Positions 48,077-57,756 of a DNA stretch of 64,000 nt are shown here, one piece after another. The position numbers were made by a program, and so were the translations under genes. The notes under the pieces are model-generated. The model ran no database searches, was not told the origin of the DNA, and was given only the letters and a program-made list of their open reading frames with translations. Source of the DNA: Planktothrix tepida (GTDB lineage Bacteria > Cyanobacteriota > Cyanobacteriia > Cyanobacteriales > Microcoleaceae); NCBI RefSeq assembly GCF_904830955.1, contig NZ_LR882970.1; one strand, 5' to 3'. Position 1 is the stretch's first letter. The number at the start of each line of letters is the position of its first letter.

Positions 48077-49363
48077 TTATTTAGATTGAGCTTGGGTTCC
48101 TTGTTTTGTTTTAGCAATTTCACCCTTGAGAATTTCTAACCCTTTAACATATTGAGGATCATCCGTTGTTCCTACTTTTGTCCGATCTTTTCTTAACTCA
48201 TCTCGTTGGGCTTCGGTGAGTTCAACTTTAATATCTGGTTGAATTCCTTCATGGTTAATATCTCGACCACTGGGAGTAAAATATTTCGCAATGGTTACGG
48301 CTAAACCTGAACCATTTCCCACCCCTCGGACAGATTGAACTAACCCTTTCCCAAAGGTTTTTGTTCCCACTAAAACCGCCCGTTTGTTATCTTGTAAAGC
48401 ACCGGATAAAATTTCACTGGCGCTGGCTGAACCTCCATCTACTAAAACCACTAAAGGTTTATTGGTTAAAGCGCGATTATTTGCTTTTTGACGGTCTGTT
48501 TCCCCTTGACGATCAACCGTAGAAACAATATCGCCTTGATTTAACCACATCCGAGCAATTTCAATGCTAGAATACAGTAATCCCCCTGGATTTGAACGTA
48601 AATCAAGGATATAACCCGCCACATTTTGTTTCTCTAAATCATTAATGGCTTCGCGCATTTCTTCGGCGGCATTAGCGCTAAAAGTATTTAAGCGAATATA
48701 ACCAATTTCTCCCGCCGAACTGGGATTTTTAGACGAACGAACCGGATGAATTTCAATGCGATCGCGAGTAATATTAAAATCTAAAGGTTTATCTCCCCGT
48801 AATATTTTAATATTAACTTTTGTTCCCACCGGCCCCCGAATTAAACTCACCGCTTCATTAATATCCATTCCCTCAGTGGTGCGACCATCAATTTCACTAA
48901 TAATATCTTGAGCTTGAACTCCGGCGGTAAAGGCGGGAGAACCTTCAATGGGAGAAATCACCACTAACTTTTTCGTCTTTTCATCTTGGGTTAATTGAAT
49001 GCCGACCCCGGTTAATTCCCCAGAAGTATCAATTTGCATATTTTTGAATTCTTCGGGGTTCATGAAGCGCGTGTAGGGGTCGTCGAGCTTCTTCAACATT
49101 TCCCGAATAGCGGTGTAGGCTTGTTCGTCGCTGGTGTAGTTGCGGTTTAAATATTCAGTGCGAACAGCCGTCCAGTCCACTTGATTAAAGGTTCCATCGA
49201 CATAACTTTTATGGATCACCTGCCAAACTTCGTCAATTAACTCCTTGGGACTTTCCCGAAAGGATGCTTGACTCGAAAGATGAATTCCCGCCCCTGCAAC
49301 CGCTACAGCCGTTAACATCACTGCCGTTGCACCAAGAACAAGCCCACTTCTTGAAATAACCAT
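48077..49363 (-). CDS. ctpA: carboxyl-terminal processing protease (S41)
   Basis: Signal/TM N-terminus. PDZ region (GVGIQLTQDEKTKKLVVISPIEGSPA), then the catalytic region LVVLVDGGSASASEILSGAL with GTKTFGKG. Confidence 0.85.
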   Translation of the reverse strand: MVISRSGLVLGATAVMLTAVAVAGAGIHLSSQASFRESPKELIDEVWQVIHKSYVDGTFNQVDWTAVRTEYLNRNYTSDEQAYTAIREMLKKLDDPYTRFMNPEEFKNMQIDTSGELTGVGIQLTQDEKTKKLVVISPIEGSPAFTAGVQAQDIISEIDGRTTEGMDINEAVSLIRGPVGTKVNIKILRGDKPLDFNITRDRIEIHPVRSSKNPSSAGEIGYIRLNTFSANAAEEMREAINDLEKQNVAGYILDLRSNPGGLLYSSIEIARMWLNQGDIVSTVDRQGETDRQKANNRALTNKPLVVLVDGGSASASEILSGALQDNKRAVLVGTKTFGKGLVQSVRGVGNGSGLAVTIAKYFTPSGRDINHEGIQPDIKVELTEAQRDELRKDRTKVGTTDDPQYVKGLEILKGEIAKTKQGTQAQSK

Positions 49364-49440
49364 CTGTTTGTTGAACCAGAAAATATAAATTTCAATATCA
49401 ATACGCCCAATGTAGCACAGGTTTCAGTTGACTGTTGACC

Positions 49441-49575
49441 GTTATAGCGCGTAGAGCTAGGGAACTGTGAACTGGGAACAGGATTTAGTAGAGACGTGCC
49501 AAAAGCCTACGGCATGGCTGGGCCCAGGCGCGTCTCTACATGAATTAAATTGTCTCTACATGAATTAAATTAAGG
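49441..49575. repeat. modular repeat element plus 19-bp tandem duplication (TCTCTACATGAATTAAATT x2) at its boundary
   Basis: TTATAGCGCGTAG arm, GGGAAC-like units, palindrome GTAGAGACGTGCCAAAAGCCTACGGCATGGCTGGGCCCAGGCGCGTCTCTAC (the same core as at 61229-61280), then a perfect 19-bp direct duplication abutting the ispG stop. Confidence 0.75.
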
Positions 49576-50790
49576 ATCAACCCAACGGCCATCCGCTTTA
49601 ATTAAGTTAATTAATTCTTCTACCCCTTGGGTTTCAGGGACTTTTTTAATCTCTTCTCGACCGCGATAAAGAGAAATAAAACCGGGTTGTTTACCCACAT
49701 AACCATAGTCTGCATCGGCCATTTCTCCGGGGCCATTGACAATACATCCCATCACCGCAATATCTAACCCGGTTAAATGTTTTGTGGCTTCGCGGACTTG
49801 ATGTAAAACTTCTTCTAAGTTAAATAAAGTGCGACCGCAGGACGGACAAGCGACATATTCCACCATCGTTTTCCGCAGCCCTAACGCTTGCAGAATACTA
49901 TAACAAACGGGAATTTCTTTTTCAGGTGCTTCGGTTAAAGAAACCCGAATGGTATCGCCAATTCCTCCAGCTAATAATGTACCAATTCCAGCCGTTGATT
50001 TAATCCGACCATATTCTCCATCTCCGGCTTCTGTCACCCCTAAATGTAAGGGATAATCCATCCCTAATTCATCCATCCGTTTGACCATTAAACGGTTCGC
50101 TGCGACCATCACCGGAACCCGTGACGCCTTGAGGGAAATCACAATATTTTGAAAATCCAAAGATTCACATATTTTAATAAATTCTAACGCCGATTCCACC
50201 ATGCCTTCGGGAGTATCGCCATAAGTAAATAACATTCGTTCTGCTAAAGAACCATGATTCACACCAATTCGCATGGCTTTTCCTTGATCACGCAAAGAAA
50301 CCACTAAAGGTTCTAAGGTTTGCCTAATTTTATCGCCAATTTCATCAAATTCAGATTGAGTATATTCGGTGCGATCGCTTTTCGGTTTTTCAAACACATA
50401 TAACCCTGGATTAATTCGCACTTTATCGACATATTTTGCCACTTCCAGGGCGATTTTCATGCCATTGTGATGAACATCCGCCACTAAGGGAACAGGTTGA
50501 TATGTTTCGGCTAATTTCTGTTTAATTTTGCCAACAGCCGTCGCATGACCCACACTCGGAACCGTCACCCGCACAATTTCACACCCAATTTCATGCAAAC
50601 GACGTACCGCCGCCGTCGCCCCATCAATATCCATCGTATCTTCATTAATCATCGATTGGACAACAACCGGATGACCTCCCCCAATGGTCACAGTTCCCAC
50701 CTGGACAGGACGAGTCTTGCGGCGGTGAATCATCGTATCCACCGGAGTTTGATCGGATGTCGGTTGAGTTGGAACAGGTAAAGTTTGCAT
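49570..50790 (-). CDS. ispG: 4-hydroxy-3-methylbut-2-en-1-yl diphosphate synthase (flavodoxin/ferredoxin)
   Basis: [25 protein letters not shown]-terminus. Plant/cyanobacterial-type insertion (406 aa). C-terminal CPSCGR and GC.VNGPGE Fe-S motifs. Confidence 0.9.
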   Translation of the reverse strand: MQTLPVPTQPTSDQTPVDTMIHRRKTRPVQVGTVTIGGGHPVVVQSMINEDTMDIDGATAAVRRLHEIGCEIVRVTVPSVGHATAVGKIKQKLAETYQPVPLVADVHHNGMKIALEVAKYVDKVRINPGLYVFEKPKSDRTEYTQSEFDEIGDKIRQTLEPLVVSLRDQGKAMRIGVNHGSLAERMLFTYGDTPEGMVESALEFIKICESLDFQNIVISLKASRVPVMVAANRLMVKRMDELGMDYPLHLGVTEAGDGEYGRIKSTAGIGTLLAGGIGDTIRVSLTEAPEKEIPVCYSILQALGLRKTMVEYVACPSCGRTLFNLEEVLHQVREATKHLTGLDIAVMGCIVNGPGEMADADYGYVGKQPGFISLYRGREEIKKVPETQGVEELINLIKADGRWVDP

Positions 50791-51025
50791 AGTTAATAAT
50801 AGATTTCTGTCAATCAGCGATCAGAATAGTGTCTCCTATTAACTAATAGATTGCCATAAAAGGGGCATTTGGGGAATGACCCGGGCGGATACTGAAGGGG
50901 TTAGGGAGGAAAGACAGAATTTATTTTACAATTTAAACTACGCTTAACTTTATTTTTTATTTATAACCTTAATCAATTAAAATCACACTAGGGATTGCAC
51001 CAATTCAGAAGGAATCACAAGACCT

Positions 51026-52864
51026 ATGTACATGAATGATTATCTTAAAGACAAACAAGCTGAGTTTATTCATCGCCTCAAAAATGGATTAAATAGTTTA
51101 CTCTTTTATGAAAGACCGGGAATTTATGGAGAGATTAAAACCCTTTCGGGTCAGGACTTAAACCCCATTCGTCAACACGCTTGGGATATGGTTAGAAAAT
51201 ATCGGAAAGCTGACCCTCAAGTGGTTTTCAGAAATACGATGATGGGAAAACTGGGAGAAGAAATCGTTAAGAAATATTTAGGAGATTTTGTCGGTAATAT
51301 TAACTATGAAATTATCCCAGAAACTGGCGATGGTCTGATCGATCTCCGTATTAGTACGGATTATTCGATTGGAATTCAAGTGAAAACTCGCTATAGTTCT
51401 CCAACAATGGCGCAATGGTGGGTGAGTTGGGAAGAAATTACTAAAAATCAAGCTATTGTTTGTATCTTAATTTATTCTAATTCTCAGACTATTGTTAAAT
51501 TTGATGAGTTTAAATCCGAATATTCTGCTATTATTGCTGGGTTTCTTCCCGCTCGTTTACTTCAAAAGCGCATTGAACAAAAAGAAATCAGTTTAGAATA
51601 TTATCAAAATCACAGTATTGTTAAATTGCAGATTAATGACTTACATTATGGCGACGGTCTAAGGAATTTCTTAAAAGGCTTAACCAATAATCCTGATTTT
51701 TACCTAGAATCTGGGTTAAATTGTGCTGAACAACAGGGAGATTATCAAACCGCCATTAAAAATTATACGAAAGCATTACAACTACAACCTACTTATGCAG
51801 ATGCCTATCGTTATCGCGGAATAGCTTATTTTAAAATAGGTCAAAAACAGGCAGCCATTGATAATTTATTAGATGCTTCCGATTTATATTCTAAACAAGG
51901 GAATATTAAGGCAGTTCAAGAAATTAATTTCATGATTCGAGATGTTCAAAAAATCAATGAACCTCTCTCAACAGTCGAAAAATGGAATTGTATCCAAACT
52001 CTAAAACTCCATTCCGCTAATATTTTTTGCTGTACTATCAGCACCAACGGTCAAATTTTAGTCACCGGAAGTAAAGATAAAACCGTTAAGGTTTTAAATC
52101 CTCAAACTGGAGAACTATTGCACAGTTTTATCGGACATCACGATCATATTTATGCCGTTGCTATTAGTCCCAATTCTTCTATAATTGCCAGTGGGAGTTG
52201 TGATAATACTATAAAACTCTGGAATTTACAAACCGGAGCATTAATCAAAACTATTAAGCTTAATTCCCATTATATTACCAGTTTAAAATTTACTCCCGAT
52301 GGCGAAAACTTAATTAGTGGCTGTTGGGATTATAGCGTGCAGTTATGGAAAGTCGCCACTGGAGAAAACCTCAGAACCCTTTATAAACATTCTGGGGGTG
52401 TTGATTGTGTCGATATGACTTCCAATTGGGATTTTATTGTTAGTGGGGGAAGGGATAGAAAAGTGATTATTTGGGACTTGAGAAATATGAAAATTTGCCG
52501 AACTTTAATTCAACGATTTTATATTCGATCTTTAGCTATTAGTCCCGATAATCAATTTATTGTCACCAGTAGCGATGACGGTAAACTCTTTATTTGGAAT
52601 CTGCAAAAAGGTCAACTTATTCGCACGTTAAATCATCATAAAAATTGGGTTTATACCGTTGCAATTAGTCCCGATGGCAATAGAATTGTCAGTGGTAGCG
52701 CTGATCAAACCCTGAATATCTGGAATCTACACACTGGAGAATTAATCGAGAGTTTAAACCCTCAAGGCGGTGCAATTTATTCCGTTACTTTTATTACCCC
52801 CGATGGTCATACTTTCGCTAGTAGTCATGGAGATGGAAGCATTAAAATTTGGAAACAGAGTTAG
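51026..52864 (+). CDS. Mrr-like PD-(D/E)xK nuclease domain / TPR / WD40-repeat protein
   Basis: The N-terminus carries GDGLIDL....IQVK, matching the Mrr_cat D-GIDG...QxK signature. Middle TPR (YADAYRYRGIAYFKIGQ). Seven WD40 blades (GHHDHIYAVAISP..GS.D.T.K.WNL). Confidence 0.65.
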   Translation: MYMNDYLKDKQAEFIHRLKNGLNSLLFYERPGIYGEIKTLSGQDLNPIRQHAWDMVRKYRKADPQVVFRNTMMGKLGEEIVKKYLGDFVGNINYEIIPETGDGLIDLRISTDYSIGIQVKTRYSSPTMAQWWVSWEEITKNQAIVCILIYSNSQTIVKFDEFKSEYSAIIAGFLPARLLQKRIEQKEISLEYYQNHSIVKLQINDLHYGDGLRNFLKGLTNNPDFYLESGLNCAEQQGDYQTAIKNYTKALQLQPTYADAYRYRGIAYFKIGQKQAAIDNLLDASDLYSKQGNIKAVQEINFMIRDVQKINEPLSTVEKWNCIQTLKLHSANIFCCTISTNGQILVTGSKDKTVKVLNPQTGELLHSFIGHHDHIYAVAISPNSSIIASGSCDNTIKLWNLQTGALIKTIKLNSHYITSLKFTPDGENLISGCWDYSVQLWKVATGENLRTLYKHSGGVDCVDMTSNWDFIVSGGRDRKVIIWDLRNMKICRTLIQRFYIRSLAISPDNQFIVTSSDDGKLFIWNLQKGQLIRTLNHHKNWVYTVAISPDGNRIVSGSADQTLNIWNLHTGELIESLNPQGGAIYSVTFITPDGHTFASSHGDGSIKIWKQS

Positions 52865-52905
52865 AGAATAGCTAGAGATTTCGTTATTATGATTAAAAGA
52901 CAACC

Positions 52906-53229
52906 TTAAATCGCAGCACCCACCATTGCAATTTTCCGGTATTCTTCGGCTGCATTTTGGCAAGCTGTAGCACAGCTTTGACAGTGAGTATTATTGTGTT
53001 TTTGACATTCTTTAGCGCAAGCTTCACAAATTTCTAAACAAGTCCGACACAGAGGCGCAATAAAGCGGGAACCACGACTCATAAACCCTGCAATTGTCCA
53101 ACATAGTTGTCCAATAGAAATAAACATTACTAAAACTACTATAGCAATCCTATTTGAGTTGTATCCAAAATTTCTGCTCAAAAGGGAACAGGGAACAGGG
53201 AACAGGGGTAATACTTCTAGCTGTTTCAT
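52906..53229 (-). CDS. Cys-rich four-helix-bundle copper-binding protein (DUF326/Csp-like)
   Basis: Nine Cys in 60 aa, arranged C..C...C..C...C (CRTCLEICEACAKECQKHNNTHCQSCATACQ). The ORF 5' end reads through a (GGGAACA)n repeat (53186-53212), so the true start is probably an internal Met (about 53127). Confidence 0.55.
   Translation of the reverse strand: MKQLEVLPLFPVPCSLLSRNFGYNSNRIAIVVLVMFISIGQLCWTIAGFMSRGSRFIAPLCRTCLEICEACAKECQKHNNTHCQSCATACQNAAEEYRKIAMVGAAI
53186..53212. repeat. (GGGAACA)x3-4 tandem repeat
   Basis: AAAAGGGAACAGGGAACAGGGAACAGGGG. Confidence 0.7.
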
Positions 53230-53440
53230 ATCAGTTTTAAATTATCACAACCTATTTGGGATTGCTATATTATCAAAAAAAATATTGTTCTCCTCTTTCT
53301 TCAGGAATAGATTATGACAAATATCGAGATATTTTTCCATCAGGAGGTATAAACTTAATCCGGTTCTCTACCTAAATATAGATACAACAGTTTGAGCCAA
53401 TTTCATACAATATCCTAAACCCAGACTGAGGATAATTTGA

Positions 53441-54187
53441 GTGAGTCAGAAAGACAATGGTTTAGGAGAACAAGCTTTAAGCAAACTAGCAGAAATGACT
53501 CTAGCTAGTCAATTAGATGAAGTTGAAGAACTGGATGTCAATGTTAATACTGATCCGATTAAGTTAGTTCAGGGTCAAGTTGACTCAGCCACAATTTCAG
53601 GAACGGGAATGGTGATGAAAAGCGACTTGAGAATGGAAAAAATAGAGATGAAAACTTCTGCAATTTCTATTAATCCCTTGAGTGTTGCTTTCGGACAAAT
53701 TGAACTTAAACATCCGACCCAAGCAACGGCTGAAGTTGTGTTAACAGAAGTTGATATTAATCGCGCTTTTAATTCTGATTATATTCTCAAAAAACTGCAA
53801 GGTTTAGAAATAGCAGTTGAGGGAAATCAGAACACCATTGATACTCAAGCTGTTGAATTCAAACTCCCTGGAGATGGTCGATTTTTTCTCCAAGCTTATC
53901 TGATTTCACGCCCCAAGGGAGAATCCTCAAAAATTGCATTTACAGCTTTACCGGAGGTCAGTTTAGATCGCAAAACGATTCAACTTAAGGATATTCAATA
54001 TTCTCAAGGAGAGAAGGTTTCTCCTGAATTAACTCAGGCGTTAATTGAGGAATCTAGCGAACTCTTAAATTTAGATAATTTTAACTTGAAAGGGGTAAAT
54101 CTTCGCATTCAACGCTTAAATTTAGAGCATCAAAAAATCACCTTGTTAGCAGAAGCCGATGTTGAGTCTTTTCCATCCGCTAGTTAG
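53441..54187 (+). CDS. hypothetical protein (DUF2993-like)
   Basis: 248 aa, soluble. Start is GTG. Pattern resembles DUF2993 (LmeA-like) proteins. No catalytic motif. Confidence 0.35.
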   Translation: MSQKDNGLGEQALSKLAEMTLASQLDEVEELDVNVNTDPIKLVQGQVDSATISGTGMVMKSDLRMEKIEMKTSAISINPLSVAFGQIELKHPTQATAEVVLTEVDINRAFNSDYILKKLQGLEIAVEGNQNTIDTQAVEFKLPGDGRFFLQAYLISRPKGESSKIAFTALPEVSLDRKTIQLKDIQYSQGEKVSPELTQALIEESSELLNLDNFNLKGVNLRIQRLNLEHQKITLLAEADVESFPSAS

Positions 54188-54193
54188 TTTTGG

Positions 54194-54772
54194 TTGAAGT
54201 TTCTGCTCAACCTCAGACATTTACCTACATTTTCAATTGGAGATCAACTCATGACCCGCATTACTCATTTAGAACCTTTAATTGAAGGCAACGAACGGGA
54301 ATATTATGATAGTGGAATTCCTAGCACTGTGGCGATTTTAGGACATCCTCTGCATCCTCTTATTGTCACCTTTCCCGTTGCATTTTTAACAACAGCTTTA
54401 TTGACAGATATTCTATTTTTATTCACCCATTCCTCATTTTGGGCAACCGCATCATTTTGGTTAATTGTAGGTGGCATTATAACCGGGCTTTTAGCCGGAT
54501 TAACAGGAATGTTAGATTTCTTTAAAATTCATCGAGTCCGAGAACATAAAGCAGGATGGATTCACATGGTCGGTAATATTGCTGCTTTAGTATTATCAGG
54601 AATTAGTTTATTTTTACGGTGGGATAATGTTATTGATAGTATTGCTCCTTGGGGAATTATTCTGTCTTTAGTTGTAGCTGGACTTTTAGGAATTACAGGA
54701 TGGTATGGAGGTGAATTAGTCTATCGCCATAAAATTGCTGTTATTGGGGATGGAAATCCTCACCAAGCTTAA
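54194..54772 (+). CDS. DUF2231-like membrane protein
   Basis: Four predicted TM helices with His-rich loops (HPLHPLIVTFPVAFL). Confidence 0.4.
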   Translation: MKFLLNLRHLPTFSIGDQLMTRITHLEPLIEGNEREYYDSGIPSTVAILGHPLHPLIVTFPVAFLTTALLTDILFLFTHSSFWATASFWLIVGGIITGLLAGLTGMLDFFKIHRVREHKAGWIHMVGNIAALVLSGISLFLRWDNVIDSIAPWGIILSLVVAGLLGITGWYGGELVYRHKIAVIGDGNPHQA

Positions 54773-54860
54773 ATATTTTTTCGGACTAGGGGTGCATTTT
54801 TTTAGAGTCTTAATGCCCCCTATAATTCTATCAAAAAACTTCAACACAAAGATATTAATC

Positions 54861-56552
54861 ATGGAAACTTACGACGTTATTATTATTGGAGCAGGTCACA
54901 ACGGTTTAACTTGTGCTTCCTATCTTTTAAAAGCAGGATACAGTGTTTTATTACTCGAAAAACGTTCTGTTCCTGGGGGAGCAGCTACCACAGAAGAAGC
55001 CCTTCCCCAAGAAGCTCCAGGGTTTAAATTTAATCTGTGTGCGATTGATCATGAATTTATTCATTTAGGGCCAGTAGTGGAGGAATTAGAACTGCATAAA
55101 TATGGCTTAGAATATTTATTTTGTGATCCGATTGTATTTTGTCCTCATCCTGATGGCAAATACTTTTTAGCTCATAAATCCATTGAAGAAACCTGTGCTG
55201 AAATTGGACGATATAACTCCAGAGATGCCGCTAAATATCGAGATTTTGTCGGATTTTGGCAACGGTTTATTAATGCTGCGATTCCAATTTTTAGCGCTCC
55301 TCCTCAATCTGTTATTGATATTGCTGGAAATTACAATATTAGTAAACTGAAAGATTTGTTTTCTGTTCTGGGTTCTCCCGAAAAAGCTCTGGATTTTGCT
55401 CGAACCATGTTAACCAGTGCTGAGGACTTATTAAATGAATGGTTTGATGAGGAATTTCTCAAAGCACCTTTAGCTCGGTTAGCCTCAGAATTAGGAACGC
55501 CTCCTTCACAAAAAAATCTCGCCGTCGGTGCGATGATGATGACCATGCGACACCATCCAGGAATGGCAAGACCCAAAGGCGGAACAGGAGCATTAGTTCA
55601 AGCCTTATTAAATTTAATTCAAGCTCATGGCGGTATGATTTTAACGGATCAACACGTTGAAAAAGTATTAGTTGATGATGGAAAAGCGATAGGAGTTAGA
55701 GTCGCCAATGGCAAAGAATATCGAGCGAATAAAGGGGTAATTTCTAATATTGATGCTAAACGCTTGTTTTTGAATTTAATGGATGCTGCGGATGTCGATG
55801 ATGCAGATTCTGAATTGCGAGAACGGTTAGAACGGCGGATTGTTAATAATAATGAAACTATTCTTAAAATTGATTGTGCATTATCGGAACCTTTGCGTTT
55901 TGAACATCATGATCATCGAGACGAATATTTGATAGGTTCTGTATTAATTGCAGACTCCGTTAAACAGGTGGAAATTGCTCACCATGATACTACTTTAGGC
56001 AAAATTCCTGATGCTGATCCTTCGATGTATGTTGTGGTTCCAACAATGCTTGATCCAACGATGGCTCCTGAAGGAAAACATACCCTTTGGATTGAATTTT
56101 TTGCCCCTTATAAAATTGAGGGAGCCGAAGGAACGGGATTAAAAGGAACAGGTTGGACAGATGAATTAAAGAATAAAGTGGCGGATCGAGTTTTAGATAA
56201 ATTAGCGGACTATTCTCCGAATTTAAAACAATCAATTATTGCTCGTCGAGTTGAAAGTCCGGCAGAATTAGGAGAAAGATTAGGAGCTTTTAATGGCAAT
56301 TATTATCACATTGATATGACTTTAGAACAAATGATGTTCTTCCGCCCTTTACCCGAAATCGCTAATTATCACACTCCCATTAAAGGGCTATTTTTAACCG
56401 GAGCAGGAACCCATCCAGGTGGTTCAATTTCTGGCTTACCGGGTCGCAATTGTGCCAGAGTATTTTTACACCATCAGCAACCCGTTTCTCAAACTTTGAC
56501 AGAAGCTTATCAATCGCTTAAATCCATTACAAATTCGGTATTAGGAAGTTAA
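54861..56552 (+). CDS. phytoene desaturase-family FAD-dependent oxidoreductase (CrtI/CrtD/carotenoid isomerase-like)
   Basis: Dinucleotide-binding fold YDVIIIGAGHNGLTCASYLLKAGYSVLLLEKR..GGAA. C-terminal GAGTHPGG motif typical of CrtI-family enzymes. The ORF-track start (54735) is an upstream extension. Confidence 0.75.
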   Translation: METYDVIIIGAGHNGLTCASYLLKAGYSVLLLEKRSVPGGAATTEEALPQEAPGFKFNLCAIDHEFIHLGPVVEELELHKYGLEYLFCDPIVFCPHPDGKYFLAHKSIEETCAEIGRYNSRDAAKYRDFVGFWQRFINAAIPIFSAPPQSVIDIAGNYNISKLKDLFSVLGSPEKALDFARTMLTSAEDLLNEWFDEEFLKAPLARLASELGTPPSQKNLAVGAMMMTMRHHPGMARPKGGTGALVQALLNLIQAHGGMILTDQHVEKVLVDDGKAIGVRVANGKEYRANKGVISNIDAKRLFLNLMDAADVDDADSELRERLERRIVNNNETILKIDCALSEPLRFEHHDHRDEYLIGSVLIADSVKQVEIAHHDTTLGKIPDADPSMYVVVPTMLDPTMAPEGKHTLWIEFFAPYKIEGAEGTGLKGTGWTDELKNKVADRVLDKLADYSPNLKQSIIARRVESPAELGERLGAFNGNYYHIDMTLEQMMFFRPLPEIANYHTPIKGLFLTGAGTHPGGSISGLPGRNCARVFLHHQQPVSQTLTEAYQSLKSITNSVLGS

Positions 56553-56576
56553 AGTTTGTGAGAGTCTATTAATTAT

Positions 56577-56615
56577 AAAAACCCGGTTTCTTGAAGAAAT
56601 CGGGTTTTTGATTTT
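56577..56615 (+). terminator. intrinsic terminator
   Basis: AAACCCGGTTTC..GAAATCGGGTTT stem followed by TTTTGATTTT. Confidence 0.7.
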
Positions 56616-56752
56616 CACGTTTGATCTCCAAACCTCAATTTTTGCTCAATAATTGTAGAACTTGTTTAGGTTATTCCTAGGGAAAGATGAAGGTTAGAGG
56701 TAGGACTAATTAAAGTATAAATAGGTTTAAAAATTATATAAGGAGATTTAAA

Positions 56753-57115
56753 ATGAATCGTGATTCTGAACCTAGAGCGAATTTAAAAGAATTTGAACAA
56801 CCGATGAATGCTCAGGAAGTTGATCCTCAACAAAAACGTTGGCAAAAGGAAGAGTTAGAAAAAAATGGAAAAACACTCACAGCTAATCCTGGAGACCGGA
56901 TTGATGAGTCTAAAACCTTAGCTGAAAAAGCTAAACAAGTTGCGGTGGATGCTCCAGATATTACCGGAGATCATATTGTTGTTCCGACTTATTTTATGGT
57001 TGAATATCCTGATGGAGAAAGAAAAGCTCTTCATCATGTTAGAGATGCGGAAGAAATTTCTGATGTTATTCGTCAAGCTAGGATGGATGAAAATGGAAAT
57101 CGAATTTGGTGGTAA
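56753..57115 (+). CDS. hypothetical protein
   Basis: 120-aa acidic ORF with good SD (AAGGAGA). No domain recognised. Confidence 0.4.
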   Translation: MNRDSEPRANLKEFEQPMNAQEVDPQQKRWQKEELEKNGKTLTANPGDRIDESKTLAEKAKQVAVDAPDITGDHIVVPTYFMVEYPDGERKALHHVRDAEEISDVIRQARMDENGNRIWW

Positions 57116-57198
57116 ATAGTGTTTATTTTAGGAAGAGAAGGGGGAATTAATGCCCTATCAAAGTTTAGAAGAATTACCTGATGCCATCAAATCTCATT

Positions 57199-57543
57199 TT
57201 ACCAAGTTCGCATCTTCTCGATCTCACGGGTTTGACTGTCTTTGATGAATTGGGCAAGGGTAAGGATTTCGGGATGCTGCGATCGCTGAAGTGCTAGGTC
57301 TGCCATTGCGATCGCTCCTTCGTGATGGGGAATCATCATCACGGTGAAGTGTTGATCCGGTTGCCCCATCATCCCCCCCATCCCAGGAACGGCTTGAGGA
57401 AATTGAGTCGATGGAGAAGGAATCGGTGAGGCTTGAGAAGTCTGAGAAAAGGTCTTAAAGGCGAGGACTAAGGCTAAAGTTGTGGCAGTACCACCCGTTA
57501 GAAGTTCAATCATCAATGTGTAGAAAATAGACTTACGATTCAT
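57199..57543 (-). CDS. DUF305 family protein (metal-resistance associated)
   Basis: Signal-like N-terminus. Met/Gly-rich segment (MGGMMGQPD) and HHEGAIAMA motif are typical of DUF305. Confidence 0.5.
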   Translation of the reverse strand: MNRKSIFYTLMIELLTGGTATTLALVLAFKTFSQTSQASPIPSPSTQFPQAVPGMGGMMGQPDQHFTVMMIPHHEGAIAMADLALQRSQHPEILTLAQFIKDSQTREIEKMRTW

Positions 57544-57756
57544 AATTTCACCTCACAACGTTCTCTGATGTAGAGCTTTCATTGGCTCAACATTATTGAC
57601 CTAGACGTTAGTTTAATTATAACTAATTCCTATCAATGTAATTGATTGACCTAAGCAGCTTAGAATGAGAATCATTTTTATTAGAAAAAAACGGCTCAGA
57701 TCTTTCAAGAATTTGACTACAATGCTGATCATTACGATTAATTCAGCAAACGAGCA

